Below are positions 25,601-38,555 of a DNA stretch of 64,000 nt, one piece after another (the first letter of the stretch is position 1; the number at the start of each line of letters is the position of its first letter). The position numbers were made by a program, and so were the translations under genes. Under the pieces are notes generated by a model. That model searched no databases and was not told where the DNA came from. It was given only the letters and a program-made list of their open reading frames with translations. The stretch is from Lepidodermella squamata (taxonomy: Eukaryota > Animalia > Gastrotricha), in contig JBLDXI010000034.1 in assembly GCA_047495785.1 (NCBI GenBank), positions 1,240,001-1,304,000 of the forward strand. The letters are read 5' to 3'.

Positions 25601-27080
25601 TGGTTGAACATCGCAGCTTTATGGAGAGGGGTCTGCTCCAAGATATCCCGGCTGTGAATGCAGGTTTCCTTTTTATCAGGCTGGGCATCGAACATCAGAG
25701 CGATCAGGTCTCTCGCACCCTGAGCTGCAGCGTTGTGGACTGCAGTTTGCCGGTCGTTGACTTGCTGCTCGTCGATATCAGCCCCAGCTTTCAAGCACAC
25801 GCGAACAGCCTTTTCATCGCCACTGATCACAGCAGCTTGTAAGGGGGATATGTTGTCCTTGTCTGTCATCGTGATCAGCTGTTTGCCAGTGATACCAATT
25901 TTTTCGGCTTAAAACGAGAAAATGCATGAGTAATATGACGTATGACGTTACGCCTCAGTGAAAAGAAAAAGAGGCTTTACACCCTAACCCTAACCCTAAC
26001 ACCAGCCCCAACCCCAACTCTGAATTTAACCCTAATGCTAACCCTAACCCTGACCCTAATCCTAACCCTGATCCTAACCCCAATCCCAATTCTAATCTCA
26101 ATGTCAACCCTAACCCAACCTAAACCTCAACCCTAACCCTAACCCTACCTCAACCCTAACCCTAACCCTAGCTTTATCCAAGTATCCAAGTTCGGGGTAA
26201 TCAACCAACCATATTCGATCAAGACATCGATAACTTTTGATGACCCAGACTTCGCAGCAGATTGGATGACTGGACATCCAGGATCACTTCGTTTCAGAAG
26301 ATCAGCGCCTTTTTCGAGCTGGAATGTTTAAATTTAGGGTTTTCTCAAAAGCAGAAGTTTGAATCTCACCAGATAACGAGCTATTTTAACGCTATCCTTT
26401 TGGCAAGCAATATGGAGCGGCGATCCGCCCAAATCACCCGGAAGTTGAACAGCCCACGGGTACTTCTCAATTATCATCTGAACATAGTCCAATCGATCGA
26501 GCTCAATCGCAACGTGGAGTGGTGCCATGTTCCTAACATTTTTGACCGACATACTCGCCCCGTTTCTCAACAACCATTTGAACGCCTCGGTTTGCCCCTT
26601 TTCAACAGCATGATGCAGTGGCGTGTTCTTCAACTTGTCCTGTCCATTGAGTAAGGCATCCTTTTGTATGCCGTCTGTGATTTTCGACAAGGCATAATCC
26701 ATCACTTCAATTCTGGACCAGAAAGCGGCTTGGTGGAAAATGTTCATGCCTCTTAGATCGACGATAGTCAAACGAGACGGATCTTCTTCCAAGAGCCGTT
26801 TGACCTCATTGAGATTGCCTTGGAGGGCCATTTTCAGTATGAAGTAAGGAGATTCATCGAACAAACAGACAAGCTTCTCCTTTTTCTCTTCCTTCTTCGG
26901 TGATTCAGGTGGCTTGAAAACATCGTTGTCTTTCGATTTGATTGAATCGGATGAACTTGGTCTTGCGTTGAAATCGTTCTTTATCAGGTCATCTTTGCAG
27001 TTCTCACGCTCGAGTGTGAACCCAACAGGAGCGGATGATATGTTTGAAATTTTCTGGATAACTTTAAAGGCCGAACGCAT
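22670..27080 (-). CDS. TRPA1: TRPA1-like ankyrin-repeat cation channel, 1300 aa, 6 exons
   Basis: Exons 27080-26370, 26318-26210, 25907-25008, 24957-24482, 24430-23993, 23938-22670 total 3903 nt in frame. Many TPLH ankyrin repeats, LLTHPL...KW pre-S1, NWLEW in S3, pore MLTGELNY, NLLVGLAVGDIETIRKNARLERLSMQV. Start codon less certain than the rest. Confidence 0.93.
25978..26170 (+). repeat. Degenerate (CCCTAA)n telomere-like tract inside TRPA1 intron 25908-26209
   Basis: ~30 hexamers such as accctaaccctaaccctaa, with variants cccaa/cctga/tcctaa. Confidence 0.9.
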
Positions 27081-27390
27081 GTTCCCGGTTAAAAATCCGA
27101 AATGATAAGAGGGCAATTTTTTCCGCAACCAAATCAAGAAATTAAAAAAACCACGCAGCTTTGCTCCCTCGAGCATTTTTAATTGAAAAATCATGCTGTT
27201 TTTTATATTTCTCTCAATTATTGATGTGCGAATGGGTGAATGCTAAGTGCTATATTAAAAATTCATTTGATATTAATATTGATTATTTTAAAACAACGCT
27301 GTTCACACAATGGCCAAACAACAGGAGATATCCGATCTGGAATTATCGATTAAACAAAAAACCAAGCAGTCTATGCTTCATTAGGTATGG

Positions 27391-29297
27391 TTAGGCTGTG
27401 GAAACAACGTTGCTGCGATAAGCTTTCAAAATGCTGCGTTGCCAGCGCGAATACAAGCTTTCGATAGCGTCAAATCTTTTTTCAAGATATGAGGGCGGGA
27501 GTGACTGCAAAATTACGGATACAAGCGAACCGGAAATGACGACGCAAATCGAGAATTTGCGCACCCAAGCCACCTCCACAACATATCCGCCGAGTCTCCA
27601 AGTTGCAATTGCGAATCTAGAACAAAAAAAATTCAAAAAAACCAAGACTGAAAAATCGACATACGTGGACCAGAATGCGGGTAAGAAAGTTATTACGAAA
27701 ATGACAAACATCAGCACTGATACTTTCATGAGGTAAATTTCTCGTCGCTGCGACCGTGAGACAGTTTGTAGATGACCAGATTTTGTTGTCTGCAATGTTA
27801 AGTCCAGCGTGCTTTTTTGACTTCCAGTTGATTTCAACCTCGCGATCGACTTGAAAGCCTTCCAATAGTTGTATGCCAGGAAGGGAATCGCGAAGCTGTA
27901 GTTTGAAGCGTAATACAGAACCATCAAAAACGAAGTGTCGAAATCGTTGATGAAGTTGAAGTCCCATTGTGAGCACAAGGCGATTGGTTTGTCGCCATTC
28001 ACTCCAGTAACTATCAGGGTTTTTACAGCCGCTGTATTGAAAGGCCAAACCAGAAAAGCTAGACTCATCAATGTGCATGAAACCAACTGAACGAGAGCAA
28101 TGGCCAGAATTTTGAAGGTTTGCGATCGATAATCAGTGTATTATACCAACCGGTTTTTATTCTGAAAAAACTGACCACCGGTTTAAACCAGTTTATACCG
28201 GTAAAAAACACCGGTTTTTATTAATTTTACTAAACATAGGATTTGGCCAAGTAAAGTGTCCAAGAGCTCAAATTCCATAGCTCACATCAACATTTCGGCT
28301 GCACCACGTTAATCTACGCGAAAAACTGCATAGTTTGATGTATTACTCGCCTATTATTATGAAAAAAATAGCCAACATTTCTTGGATGCAATAAAGCAAT
28401 AAAAATTAAAAAAATAGGTAATTATCTCCGGATCTAGGATAGCTATGAAAATTCTGAAAAAGGGATTGAATTCCCCGTGCAAACTTTACCCCTCCGGCGT
28501 TTCTAAGGGGGATCTTGAGATCAAAAGACGCGGTTTTGCCGATTCTTTTGAAAAAAAAGTTTTTTACCATCTCCCGCTTGTCAATTAAATAACCGGAAGT
28601 GAATTTTGATTTTGCGATATTTTCTTTATTTTAACGAATTTCGCAGAGAAATTTGGTTTATATGGGTAATCTGAGGCGCTGAACACGCTGAGCACATCAG
28701 TTTCTTCACTGGGATTATCGATTGTCGATTTATGGTGAATGATTGATTTTAAATTTTCTGAAAACTAAATGTTTTTTGAATACCTGAAAATCCTGCATGA
28801 CAAATGACCATTCACAACAAGAACAAGACTTGTTCAGGCACAGTCAGGCACAGTCGCCGTTCGTAAGATATCAAAGAATCAATGTTCGTTCCGTAGATAC
28901 CGGTGACCCAGCCAATTACGAAAATAGCTTTGCAGGTCCAATCGGGCCATTCCCAGCTTCCTGTTTCAACTGGCCCGATGTAAATGAGAAGTAAAAACAC
29001 AGCGAATGAAATGCTGCGTATGTTGGAGATTGTTGCTAGCATTAAGAAGTCCCGCTTAACCCCGCGGCGAATGAAGAATCTCACATTGACAATGCTAGCT
29101 GCTATCAGTGCCACCAGCAAAATTGACACTATTATCGGGAATATGAGACGATCAGGCAGGCCACGATTAGACAAGTCGTGTACATAGCCGACAAAGTATT
29201 GCTTTGGGTGGCCGTAGCCTTGCTGTGGTAGGTTGACTATTACCCATCCACTGTTAACCATCTCAGCTCGCGGAATACTCTCTTGAGACATGTTCAT
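27391..29297 (-). pseudogene. Rhodopsin-class 7TM receptor, copy 1, disrupted after TM3
   Basis: Homologous to copies 3/4. ~14 bp of coding sequence replaced by ~707 bp of foreign DNA (28134-28840) with no restoring splice acceptor. Shared intron at 27617-27664. Confidence 0.85.
28134..28840. mobile_element. Composite non-coding insertion (DNA-transposon/MITE-like pieces)
   Basis: Begins CAGTGTATTATACCAACCGGTTTT with ACCGGT repeats; absent from paralogous copies; right junction has tandem tcaggcacag. Confidence 0.6.
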
Positions 29298-29574
29298 CGC
29301 GATCAAATGTATAGATCTAAGTGACTGGAAAATTTTACAGTTTTATAAGCGATATTGAAAACGGAGTGACACTAAGTATTGTGCGTGGATAGGCATTTTA
29401 ATTTTTATGCAAGAAGTCCTAAAGGCTGACGAAATGCAAGCTGGCTGACGTTTGAGAGGAAACGGGCGTTCCAATCGAAACGCGTGGTAACTAAATTGAA
29501 TGTAGCATTAAAATATAGGAAATATAGGTTAATTCCTGATTGCTAAACGTTGAAAAACAAATGGCAAAATAAAA

Positions 29575-29790
29575 CAGTATCAGTATCAGCAATGTAGGAG
29601 CAAATTGTCGGGAATATGAACCAATGAGGCAGGCCACGATTAAATAAGACGTGTGCATAGCAAGCAAAGTATTGCCTTTGGTGTCAGTAGCCTTGTTGAG
29701 GAAGGTTGGCTATTACCCATCCACTGTTAACCATCTCAGCTCGCGGAATACTCTCTTGGGTCTTGAGACATGTTAATCACGTTTGAATTG
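29575..29790 (-). pseudogene. Decayed duplicate of the receptor 5' end
   Basis: tattacccatccactgttaaccatctcagctcgcggaatactctcttg matches copy 1 (~29239-29285); start codon mutated, indels present. Confidence 0.8.
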
Positions 29791-30775
29791 ACATATGTTG
29801 AAATATTTCGAATTAAAGGAGACAGCGCAATCAAAGCACCCTCACCGGAACCTTTTTGCTCGGATGCTCGGATGAAATGTTATTGCTTGTCGCAGTCGGT
29901 CAAATGCAATCCGGCTCTCGCAGATATAGGGACTCAGTTTTGATCAGGATTCGTCTGGCGACGTCTAAGGCCACTCTATTGAAGGATTTCCGTTCGGCAC
30001 ATGGAAGTAACGAAAAATTAAAAAGTGAGAGTAATGAGCGTCGGATTTCCTGCTATACCTGGCACTGTTATAGGTTAAAAAAGTCTGAAAAGGCCATTCG
30101 ATTGAGCGGGTCAAATTTCATCTTCTGCATTTACATTCATTGTTGGATCATGCGCTCAGATGCACAGCGAGACTTCAATAATGATTTGATAGGACGCGAA
30201 ACTAATGGTGAAATTTGAATTTTCAGATATTATGGTGATAATTTACTCGCAAATTTAATAGAAGGAAAATTGCATGCTTTCTGAAATCGTTTAGAGCTCT
30301 CAAAACAATCTGTCGACCCAGGAATCGATCGCTAAACTGCTGTTATGATGACCAATGGCCTCGTCAGTCAGCCATCTGAATTATGGCGATCTCACCCACG
30401 GACATTCCTCAAAATCGACTCGCGAGTAGCTGCAATATTCACAGGATCGAGCTATCAAAATCATATACGGCGTTCAAGTCGTTCAGTGACCTCTGGAATC
30501 CCACCACCACCGAGTCCTCCGTTATTAGCCAACGTATGGCAGTTGACAGCCGATCCAAAAATAAGAATATTTGGAGATTCGATTGCTCCTATTGCGTTGC
30601 TCTCAAATCTTTGCTCTTGAATCGTTTCCTCTCAAGTCATAGACGTGTCCATATTCATGTTCATGATTGCTCAATATGGGGAGTAAATGGAGAAAATGCT
30701 TACTAAATAAACTATTTCCCGAGCTCAGCATTTGGGTGTTACATTGTAACATGTGTAACATGCTTAAAAACACTG

Positions 30776-30835
30776 TTTAACACTAAACCAACCAGTGTTA
30801 ATGAACTCTGCTCGCGGAATATTTCCCATATCGCG
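30776..30835 (-). pseudogene. Short fragment of the receptor N-terminus
   Basis: MGNIPRAEFINTGW matches IPRAEFINSGW of copy 3. Confidence 0.65.
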
Positions 30836-31104
30836 TTTTAATTTTTTGAAGTTAATCTTTCGGTTAGTAAAAGCCATCGATAGCGAAGGCAATGTCACCG
30901 GAGGCTGTTCGATCTGATGAATTTTTTTTAGTTTTTCGGTCTTTTGGAAGTTTTTCAAAGTGACGAATTGAAGAAATGACGAAATGACGAAACCACCACC
31001 CACTTGACAACAAGCAACAACTTAAACATTTAGTGTTTTGATCACACGTTTTGATCACGTGTGCCCGTGTGACCTTTTACCTGCAAAACAGGAGTATAAT
31101 GACT

Positions 31105-32117
31105 CTCCAAGTTGCGATAGCGAATCAGTAACGATACAAAACTTCATTTTGAAAATTCCTGAAAACATACTCGACATACGTTGACCAGAATGCAGGTAAG
31201 AAAGTGATGACAAAAATTACAAACATGAGCACTGATACTTTCATGAGGTAAATTTCTCGTCGCTGCCACCGCGGAATAGCTCGTAGGTAGCCAGATTTTG
31301 TTGTCTGAAAGGTTACGTCTTGTGTGCTTTTTTGACTTCCACTAGTTTGCAGTCTCGCAATTGACTTGAACGCCTTCCAATAGTTGTACCCGAGAAAAGG
31401 AATTGCGAAGCTGTAATTTGAAGCGTAATACAGAACCATTAAAAACGAAGTGTCAAAATCGTTGATGAAGTTGAGGTCCCATAATCAGCAGAGTGCAATT
31501 GGCCTGTCACCATTAACCCCCGTAACAATCAACGTTTTGACTGTCGCTGTATTGAACGGACAAGCAAGAAAGGCCAAGCTCATCAAGGTACATAAAATCA
31601 ACTGAACGAAAGCTATAGCCAGAATTTTGAAGGTTTGCGATCGATAATTGATCGATTTGGAGGTCAAGCACAATCGCCGTTCGTAAGATATCAAAGAATC
31701 GATGTTCGTTCCGTAAATGCCTGTAATCCAGCCAAATACGAAAAGAGCTTTGCAGGTCCCATCAGGCCAATCCCAGCCGCCTGTTTCGATAGGTCCGATG
31801 TAAAAAATAAGCATGACGACGGTGAAAGAAATGTTGCGCATGTGGGAGATGGTTGCTAGCATTAAAAAGTCGCGTTTGACCCCGCGTCGCACGAAATATT
31901 TGATATTAACAATGCATGCTGCTATAAGTGCTAGTAGCAAAAGTGCTACTATCATCGGGAATATCAGACGATCGGGCATGCCGCGAGCTGAGAAGTCGTG
32001 TGCATATCCGATGAAATACTCTTTTGGGTGGCCGTAGCCTTTCTGTGGGAGGTTGACTCTTACCCATCCACTGTTTACCATCGCAGCTCGCGGAATACTT
32101 TCATTAGACCTGTTCAT
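31105..32117 (-). pseudogene. 7TM receptor copy 2 (pseudogene)
   Basis: In-frame TGA at 31485-31487 where paralogs have Ser/Thr; intron acceptor mutated AG>TG at ~31126; exon 2 truncated after ~7 codons. Confidence 0.88.
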
Positions 32118-33221
32118 CGCGTTTGAATCAAAACGGCTGAATCCTACGAAAGAGTTAGCGATATCCCAGACAATGTCAAATGACGTTTACGTGGGAAGTC
32201 TATTGTCATTCCGGTCGATGTCGGCTATATGAAAGGAAATGATGCCGTTGCTCGAGCGGGGAAAGTAGCTGAGTGTTGAGCGTTGATCTGAATTCTTTCC
32301 ACGACGCCATGGACTACTTAACCGCAGAATTTCCGACGTCTCAAACTAACATCAGGAAATCAAAACTGCACGCCTGCTGTAAGGAAGTCGACCGATCAAC
32401 AAAAATGTGATCTCGCGAAAGGCATGATTGTTGTACTTCGCCAAGTAAAGGTCCTCGAAAACGTCCCAATCATTACTACTATTTGTTAGCCTTCGCTGGT
32501 TCAATTTCTGGATTTTTCCGTTTGGCCCGAGCCCGCATCTGCCACTTCATTCGCGCAACTTTCCAAGTGTAGAAGATGTACCTTTCGTGTGTTTTTTTGC
32601 GAAATTTTGTGAAGCGAGAATAAAGCCGAGGCGAGATGGTAAACTTTGCGAAATCAAAGACCCACAGACACTGTTGCCGCCAAAGACAACTGTTGCCTAG
32701 GTAGTAATCAAATCAATTTTGTTCTGAGCCCTTGACTCTGCCGCCGGAAAGGTAGCTCCTGCACTTGAAACTTCTACTCAATAGCTGCGCACCTCATTCT
32801 TGGATCCTCAGCCCTCGAGCATACCGAGAATCAACTGCCCTGGCCTTTCAGCGTCAGCCCCTGCCTGTCCGTGCCCGCAGAACCCTGAGGAAGCCGCAGC
32901 CTGAAATTGAAGTAACCTTTGCTTATTATGGCTAATTACTGTGCTTTATACACGACAGATATTTTGGTGAGCCTTGAACCTTGAAGCCTTTGAGCCCTTG
33001 AGTGTTCATCATTGAGCCTTGGTCTTTCTATGGAGCCCTGGTTGCCTCCACACCATGTAAGCCTTTTAGGAAAATCATCTGTCATTAATCCTTCATCCTT
33101 TGTCCCCTTCGAGCCTCAAACGACGAGCTGAGCCTGGGCACTTGGCACCTTCAATTTTCAACTACTGTCATTCAGTCGAATGTCTCCCGAGAAGCGCATC
33201 GCAACTCGAGAAATCCCTTAG

Positions 33222-35316
33222 CTTAGTGGCTGAACAATCCAAATAATGTTAAAAAATAGTTAAATGGTAAGCGCTGCGTAAACCTGAGTGAGTGTAGCAG
33301 AATTAGGAGAAGCGCAACGGGCGCTCAAAATCTGTGCGAGTGTAGCACCACCCGGTGTTATGTAGCAAATCTGAAGTACCGTAGCAAAAATCTGAGTGAA
33401 CGTAGCAAGTCGAAAAAGTTATAATTACAGATTATTTCAAACATTTATTTGAATTATTTAAACAAAATTGAATTAGGCAATTCCATGTCAATTGGACCGA
33501 CTACCCCACCCATGTTTTCAGAACATCGTGAAACATTTTTTTCGGAAAGAGCTCGAAAAACTAAGGTATTTTTAGGTATGTTTATATACTCTTGCGACTT
33601 CTGTTAACACATGATTGTTAACACAATTAATGATTATGTATTTTTCGGAAAAAGTAGGATCTTCAACTGAGGGGTGGGTGATTTCCATCTTTCGCCAGCC
33701 TTCGCCCTCTTCAAAACCGGTTATCAGTATAGACATTGACTAAATGAAAATATTATTATTATTTATATACTGTTGCGACTTTTCATCCGACGCAGTCGCT
33801 CACCTGTAAAATTCAAAACGTGAATCATCGCCAATTCATAGCTACCTGCCTAGATATCCACTCCTGGCCACGCTTTACGGTGTGATTTTTATTGTTGTTG
33901 GACCTGGATGTTACAAGACCGTAGGACTCTAGTCTTGCGGAGAAAAATCGCTATGATGAGATTTTGATACCCTTAACGACGATAAAACGAGAAATGTCGA
34001 CCATTCTGCCTTAAAAAACTGCCGAACTTGGCAGGAGACAGTAGGCGGCGCAGGCGCCGGCAGGGCGTTACAGCATACATTGTGGAACCGCTGGTAAGTT
34101 GAACTTCAGCGCGCACGCTGATTGGTCAATTTATCGTTGCTAATGACTCCGGAATGAAATAGTTTAGTCGTGCGATCCACTAATAAATTATTTTATATTA
34201 ATGTAAGAAATGACCTTGCCACACCCTCTGCACGGTTTCCATTGACCACGAGCATAAACTCCATATTAATGGTGGTAAATTGCTGCAGCAAAAAACACTT
34301 GTTGCAAAAAGTCTTATGGATCAACATGTTTCATCCGGGAGTCATAGCAACGATCGATTGACCAATCAGCGTGCGCATTGGATTGGACTTTTAAGTGGTC
34401 ACACAATCATTATAGCAGATAAGAGCAGCCTAAATTCTGCTATATAAAACCGTAAAGCGCGTCTTTACGTTAAAACAGCGTGACGCCCGCCCCATGCGTA
34501 ACCATAACTGCAGGCGGCCCGCCTCCTCGCAGTGCCAGTCCCGCTCTTCCTCGCTTAAGATCTCCAGATCGCTTGAGTCTCCAGCGCGCACGTCGCGCAC
34601 AATCGAATGACTATAACGATGTAGTAAAAGTTTCTATTCCTCCATGGTATAGACCATAAAATCAACGGATAGAGTCAATTCTCAATACTCAACATGAAAA
34701 AACTAATTTTCAAAAAAATTTCAAAAAATTTCCGGATAAGCCAACCGCGGCAGAAGAATGGCAAAGTTGCCGTAAACCTGCAAAGACAGCCGTTTTTAAA
34801 AATGCTAGCAAATTAATTATGAGAGCCTGCTAGATTTAGCTGGGCTCATTCAATAGACCGCGAAATCTAGTATTTATCCGCCAAAACACAACAAATTTGA
34901 CAATATTTTGTCTGTCGATTTTTTCAAACGAACGGGCATTAGGTGGCATAAAGTGGACGCGTGTCGCATCTTTGCGAATTCAGCTCTAATAAAGTCACTA
35001 TAGAAAGATCGTTTGCTTCCTATCTGTTACAGCGTGTTGTCTACGTCAGATAAGAAATTTCTGTCGGCTTCGTCCATAATATAACAACTTTTTACCAAAT
35101 TCAGTTTTGATCAAATTGCTACGTTCACCCTTATTTTTGCGACCGTCGCACCGCCTGCCGCGTCACTGCACTCGTTTACGCTGCGGATTAGATGAATGCG
35201 CGACGGATTACGTTAAAGTGCTACTAAACACGCGTTGTTGCTACACTGTTTTGATTTCTGCTACGTTCACTCTGCAGCGCAACTCACTTTTCTGTTACGC
35301 TCGCTCAGCCACCCGT
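33222..35316. mobile_element. Non-autonomous DNA element with imperfect inverted ends and GTAGCA subterminal repeats
   Basis: gcaaaaatctgagtgaacgtagcaa (~33384) is inverted at ~35116-35140; gtggctga at the left versus tcagccac at the right; no TSD resolved. Confidence 0.55.
34078..34409. mobile_element. Nested inverted-repeat element (~50-bp near-perfect core, ~80-bp arms)
   Basis: gcgcacgctgattggtcaatttatcgttgctaatgactccggaatgaaa (34111-34159) versus tttcatccgggagtcatagcaacgatcgattgaccaatcagcgtgcgc (34329-34376). Confidence 0.75.
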
Positions 35317-36772
35317 TAAAAAAACAGAAAAAATCCAGAAAACAACAATATATATGTATATATGACTATATTGTGTCTTATTTCTAAATGATGATGTCAT
35401 TATGATATATATCCCCTTCAATCGACTCCACACGAGGACCGAGAGCACCATAATGGTGCGTGGTCAAAAAAACAACAAATCTGAAATTTTGCCAAGCATT
35501 CAAACGGGCCCATGATAAAATTTGACGAAGATTTAATGCTGACTGTAGAGCGGAAAATGTCATTTCATCTTGTTCGTGCCTACCCAGGCCTTTCCCTCGG
35601 AAGATTTAATTGAAATTCAGCCGTTGAATTGCGTGGTAACCTCGAAAAATGCTTAATCCTGCTGTGGACATCGGAAATGATAATGCGTAGTCGGAAGAGA
35701 CTTCTTCTTCTGCTAATATCACACTGCAGGCGAAAAAACGGACATGAAAGCAGAAATGCGACACGAACCGCAAATGAAGTCGCACTCAGAAAAGAGACCA
35801 GACACTCTAAAATACAAGAAGCGGATTCACTTCTCATTTTCAGAAAAATCTTGGAAAATTGAAATGAAAAATTGAAGAATTTTGCGGGGTCGGCAAAGCC
35901 GTATCAGAGACGATTTGATTTTCGCAAGTGTTCTCGCGGCATTCTGGGCAACAGCTTTCTTCAAGGTCCTTGTCCTACTCTTTAAGTATTTAATTATCAC
36001 TAACGATGGTTGCAATCGGTACGAAAATTCGCGTCTACAGAAGAGTTTCAGGATCAAGTCGCCTTGCCTAAAACCTGAACGTGCCCTATCGTCTGGGGTT
36101 CAGGAAAAATTGGACCCAGGTCTTTCAAAATTCTCTTCGGCTCCAGATAATTCACCGAGGAACAGGTGTTGAACTGTTTGGCTTTCAAACTATGCAAAAC
36201 TTCGGTGAAAAAAGCTACCGGCCAAGTAGTTTTTGAGTAATGATTATTCTGCTGCTCTCCTAAAAATGTGTCCGAATAGCCCGAATGGCCCAAATTACCC
36301 CAGATGACAGTACCAGGCAGGACATCCGCAACTCGTTTTATTGTTACTTATTGTATCTCATTGCGCGGCACGCGGGCCGCTATTTGTGGGTATGCGGACC
36401 ATATCGTTAGAATCGCTGAGTAACTCAGATTTAGGCTTGTTTACATCCGTCTCAACGTCAAGGGTGATAAGTTAGAAGCAGCGATTTTTATTTTTACGAA
36501 GTGTATGTATAATTTGCGTGGTACCTAAAAGAAATGCCAGAAGACATCTGTCCGAGAGTTATTATCTGTTGTTCCGGGGCGGTCTTTGCACTGTCTGTTG
36601 TATTCAGAATTAACATAATGTTCTTCTGCCTTCGATACCCGAAATGACCGAATGTCACCATTGCGCCGCTTCTTGTTGCAGTTGGTAGCGACAGGTCTAA
36701 CGCTTTCGGCCGGGACTGGGCACTTTGATGAAAGATGAATAATGCGGAATAACTATATACGGTCTAGAATAA

Positions 36773-38011
36773 CTAAGCATTCGATGTTCCATTACGTAGT
36801 GTTAAAGCTGTTGAAACAACGTTGGGCCGATACGCTCTTGAAATGCTACGTTGCCAGTGGGAGTACAAGCTTCCGATGGCGTCAAATCGCTTTTCAAGAT
36901 ATGAGGGCGGGAGAGACTGTAAAATTGCTGATACAAGCGAGCCGGAAATGACGACGCAAATTGAGAATTTGCGCACACAAGCCACCTCCACAACGTAAGC
37001 ACCGAGTCTCCAAGTTGCAATTGCGAATCTAGAGCAGGCAAAAAAATAGAATTGGAAAATCTGGATAAAAATGACTTACGTTGACCAGAATGCGGGTAAA
37101 AAGGTGATGACGAAAATGACAAACATCAGCACAGACACTTTCATCAGGTAAATTTCACGACGCTGCCACCGTGGAATAGCTCGAAGGTGCCCAGATTTTG
37201 TTGACTGCAATGTAATGTCCTGTGTGCTTTTTTGGCTTTCAATTGCTTGCAACCTCGCGATCGACTTGAACGCCTTCCAATAGTTGTAGGCTAGAAAGGG
37301 GATTGCAAAGCTGTAATTTGAGGCGTAGTAAACAACCATCAAGAACGAAGTATCGAAATCGTTGATGAAGTTGAAGTCCCATTGCGAGCAGAGTGCAATT
37401 GGTTTGTCACCGTTAACGCCTGTAACAATCAACGTTTTGACCGTTGCTGTATTGAATGGCCAAACCAGAAAGGCCAGACTCATCAAAGTACATAAAATCA
37501 ACTGGACGAGGGCTATACCTAGGATTTTGAAAGTGTTTGATCGATAGGTAATCGATTTCGAGGCCAAGCACAGTCGCCTTTCGTAAGATATCAAAGAATC
37601 GATGTTCGTTCCGTAGATACCGGTGACCCAGCCAATTACAAAAATAGCTTTGCAGGTCCAATCGGGCCATTCCCAGCCGCCTGTTTCAATAGGCCCAATG
37701 TAATAGATAAGCAAAAACACAGTGAAAGAAATGCTTCGAATGTGAGAGATGGTTGCCAGCAAGTCGCGCTTCACTCCGCGTCGCACAAAAAACTTGATAT
37801 TAACAATGCAAGCTGTTATCAGCGCCACCAACAAAAGCGCAACTATGATCGGAAATATAAGACGATCCGCCAGGCCGTGGGCTGATAAATCGTGCGCATA
37901 GCCGACGTAGTACTCTTTAGGGCGGCCGTAGCCTTGTTGTGGTAGGTTGACTCTAACCCATCCGCTGTTGATAAACTCAGCGCGCGGGATAACATCCTTG
38001 GACCTGTTCAT
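36773..38011 (-). CDS. Divergent rhodopsin-class 7TM receptor, copy 3, intact ORF (395 aa)
   Basis: Exons 38011-37080 and 37028-36773 total 1188 nt. Seven hydrophobic segments, N1.50, ECL1 WEWPDWTC, SYERR at the DRY position, ECL2 Cys, TM6 FVITFLP. Confidence 0.9.
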
Positions 38012-38555
38012 AGCGCACTGGAAAAAATAAACCCCTTACAAGGAGCCTCATAAGGAGGCTATTATATATATGAATGCATCCTCCTTGTCAGGCGACCTGT
38101 GTCGCCTTTCAAGCTTGGTATGTCTTAGAAGGAGGCATCATGCATCCACCTTAACGGTGAGATAAACAGTTGGTGTCTTTCAAGGTCTTCTATCAAGGCG
38201 CCAGCGGCCCATTCGTTGCGCAAAACCCCGCCCGGGCGCGCCGACCCGCCCACCTGTCCTCGGCTGCTTTTCACGCTCATCCAATCGTGATAAACAAAAC
38301 GACAGACACGTTTTCGGCCCAAATTTTATTAAAATTTGCTTCGCTAATCAAATTCATTCCCATGATACAATGGAGACGGAATAAAATTGAGATGCTTGAA
38401 TAATAATTATTGATTAGCAGCGATACATCAATATTTATCAACAATTACTCGACAATAGCTGAGGCTTCCAACATCAGGGCATCAAGAGCATAAATAACTG
38501 CTAAAATCATACAGTCTGTTTCATTATTATGAGTACGTCATTGCGAGCGTTCAAT

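Noticed and set aside
25942-26136. 64-aa LTLTLT ORF
   Set aside because: Translation of the CCCTAA repeat within an intron.
28134-28840. Insertion in copy 1 acting as a new intron
   Set aside because: No AG at the 3' junction in gene sense, and flanking codons are deleted.
31485-31487. In-frame TGA in receptor copy 2 as selenocysteine or readthrough
   Set aside because: It replaces Ser/Thr, not Cys, and the same copy has a dead acceptor and a truncated exon 2.
32700-33200. Solo LTR (GAGCCTT-rich segment); a similar idea for 48900-49038
   Set aside because: No TG...CA ends with a TSD could be defined.
36900-37000. Lys in TM7 (VRKFS) suggesting the receptors are opsins
   Set aside because: Anchoring SGSLVSAILQ to NSxxNPxxY puts Ile at 7.43; the Lys is about two turns earlier.
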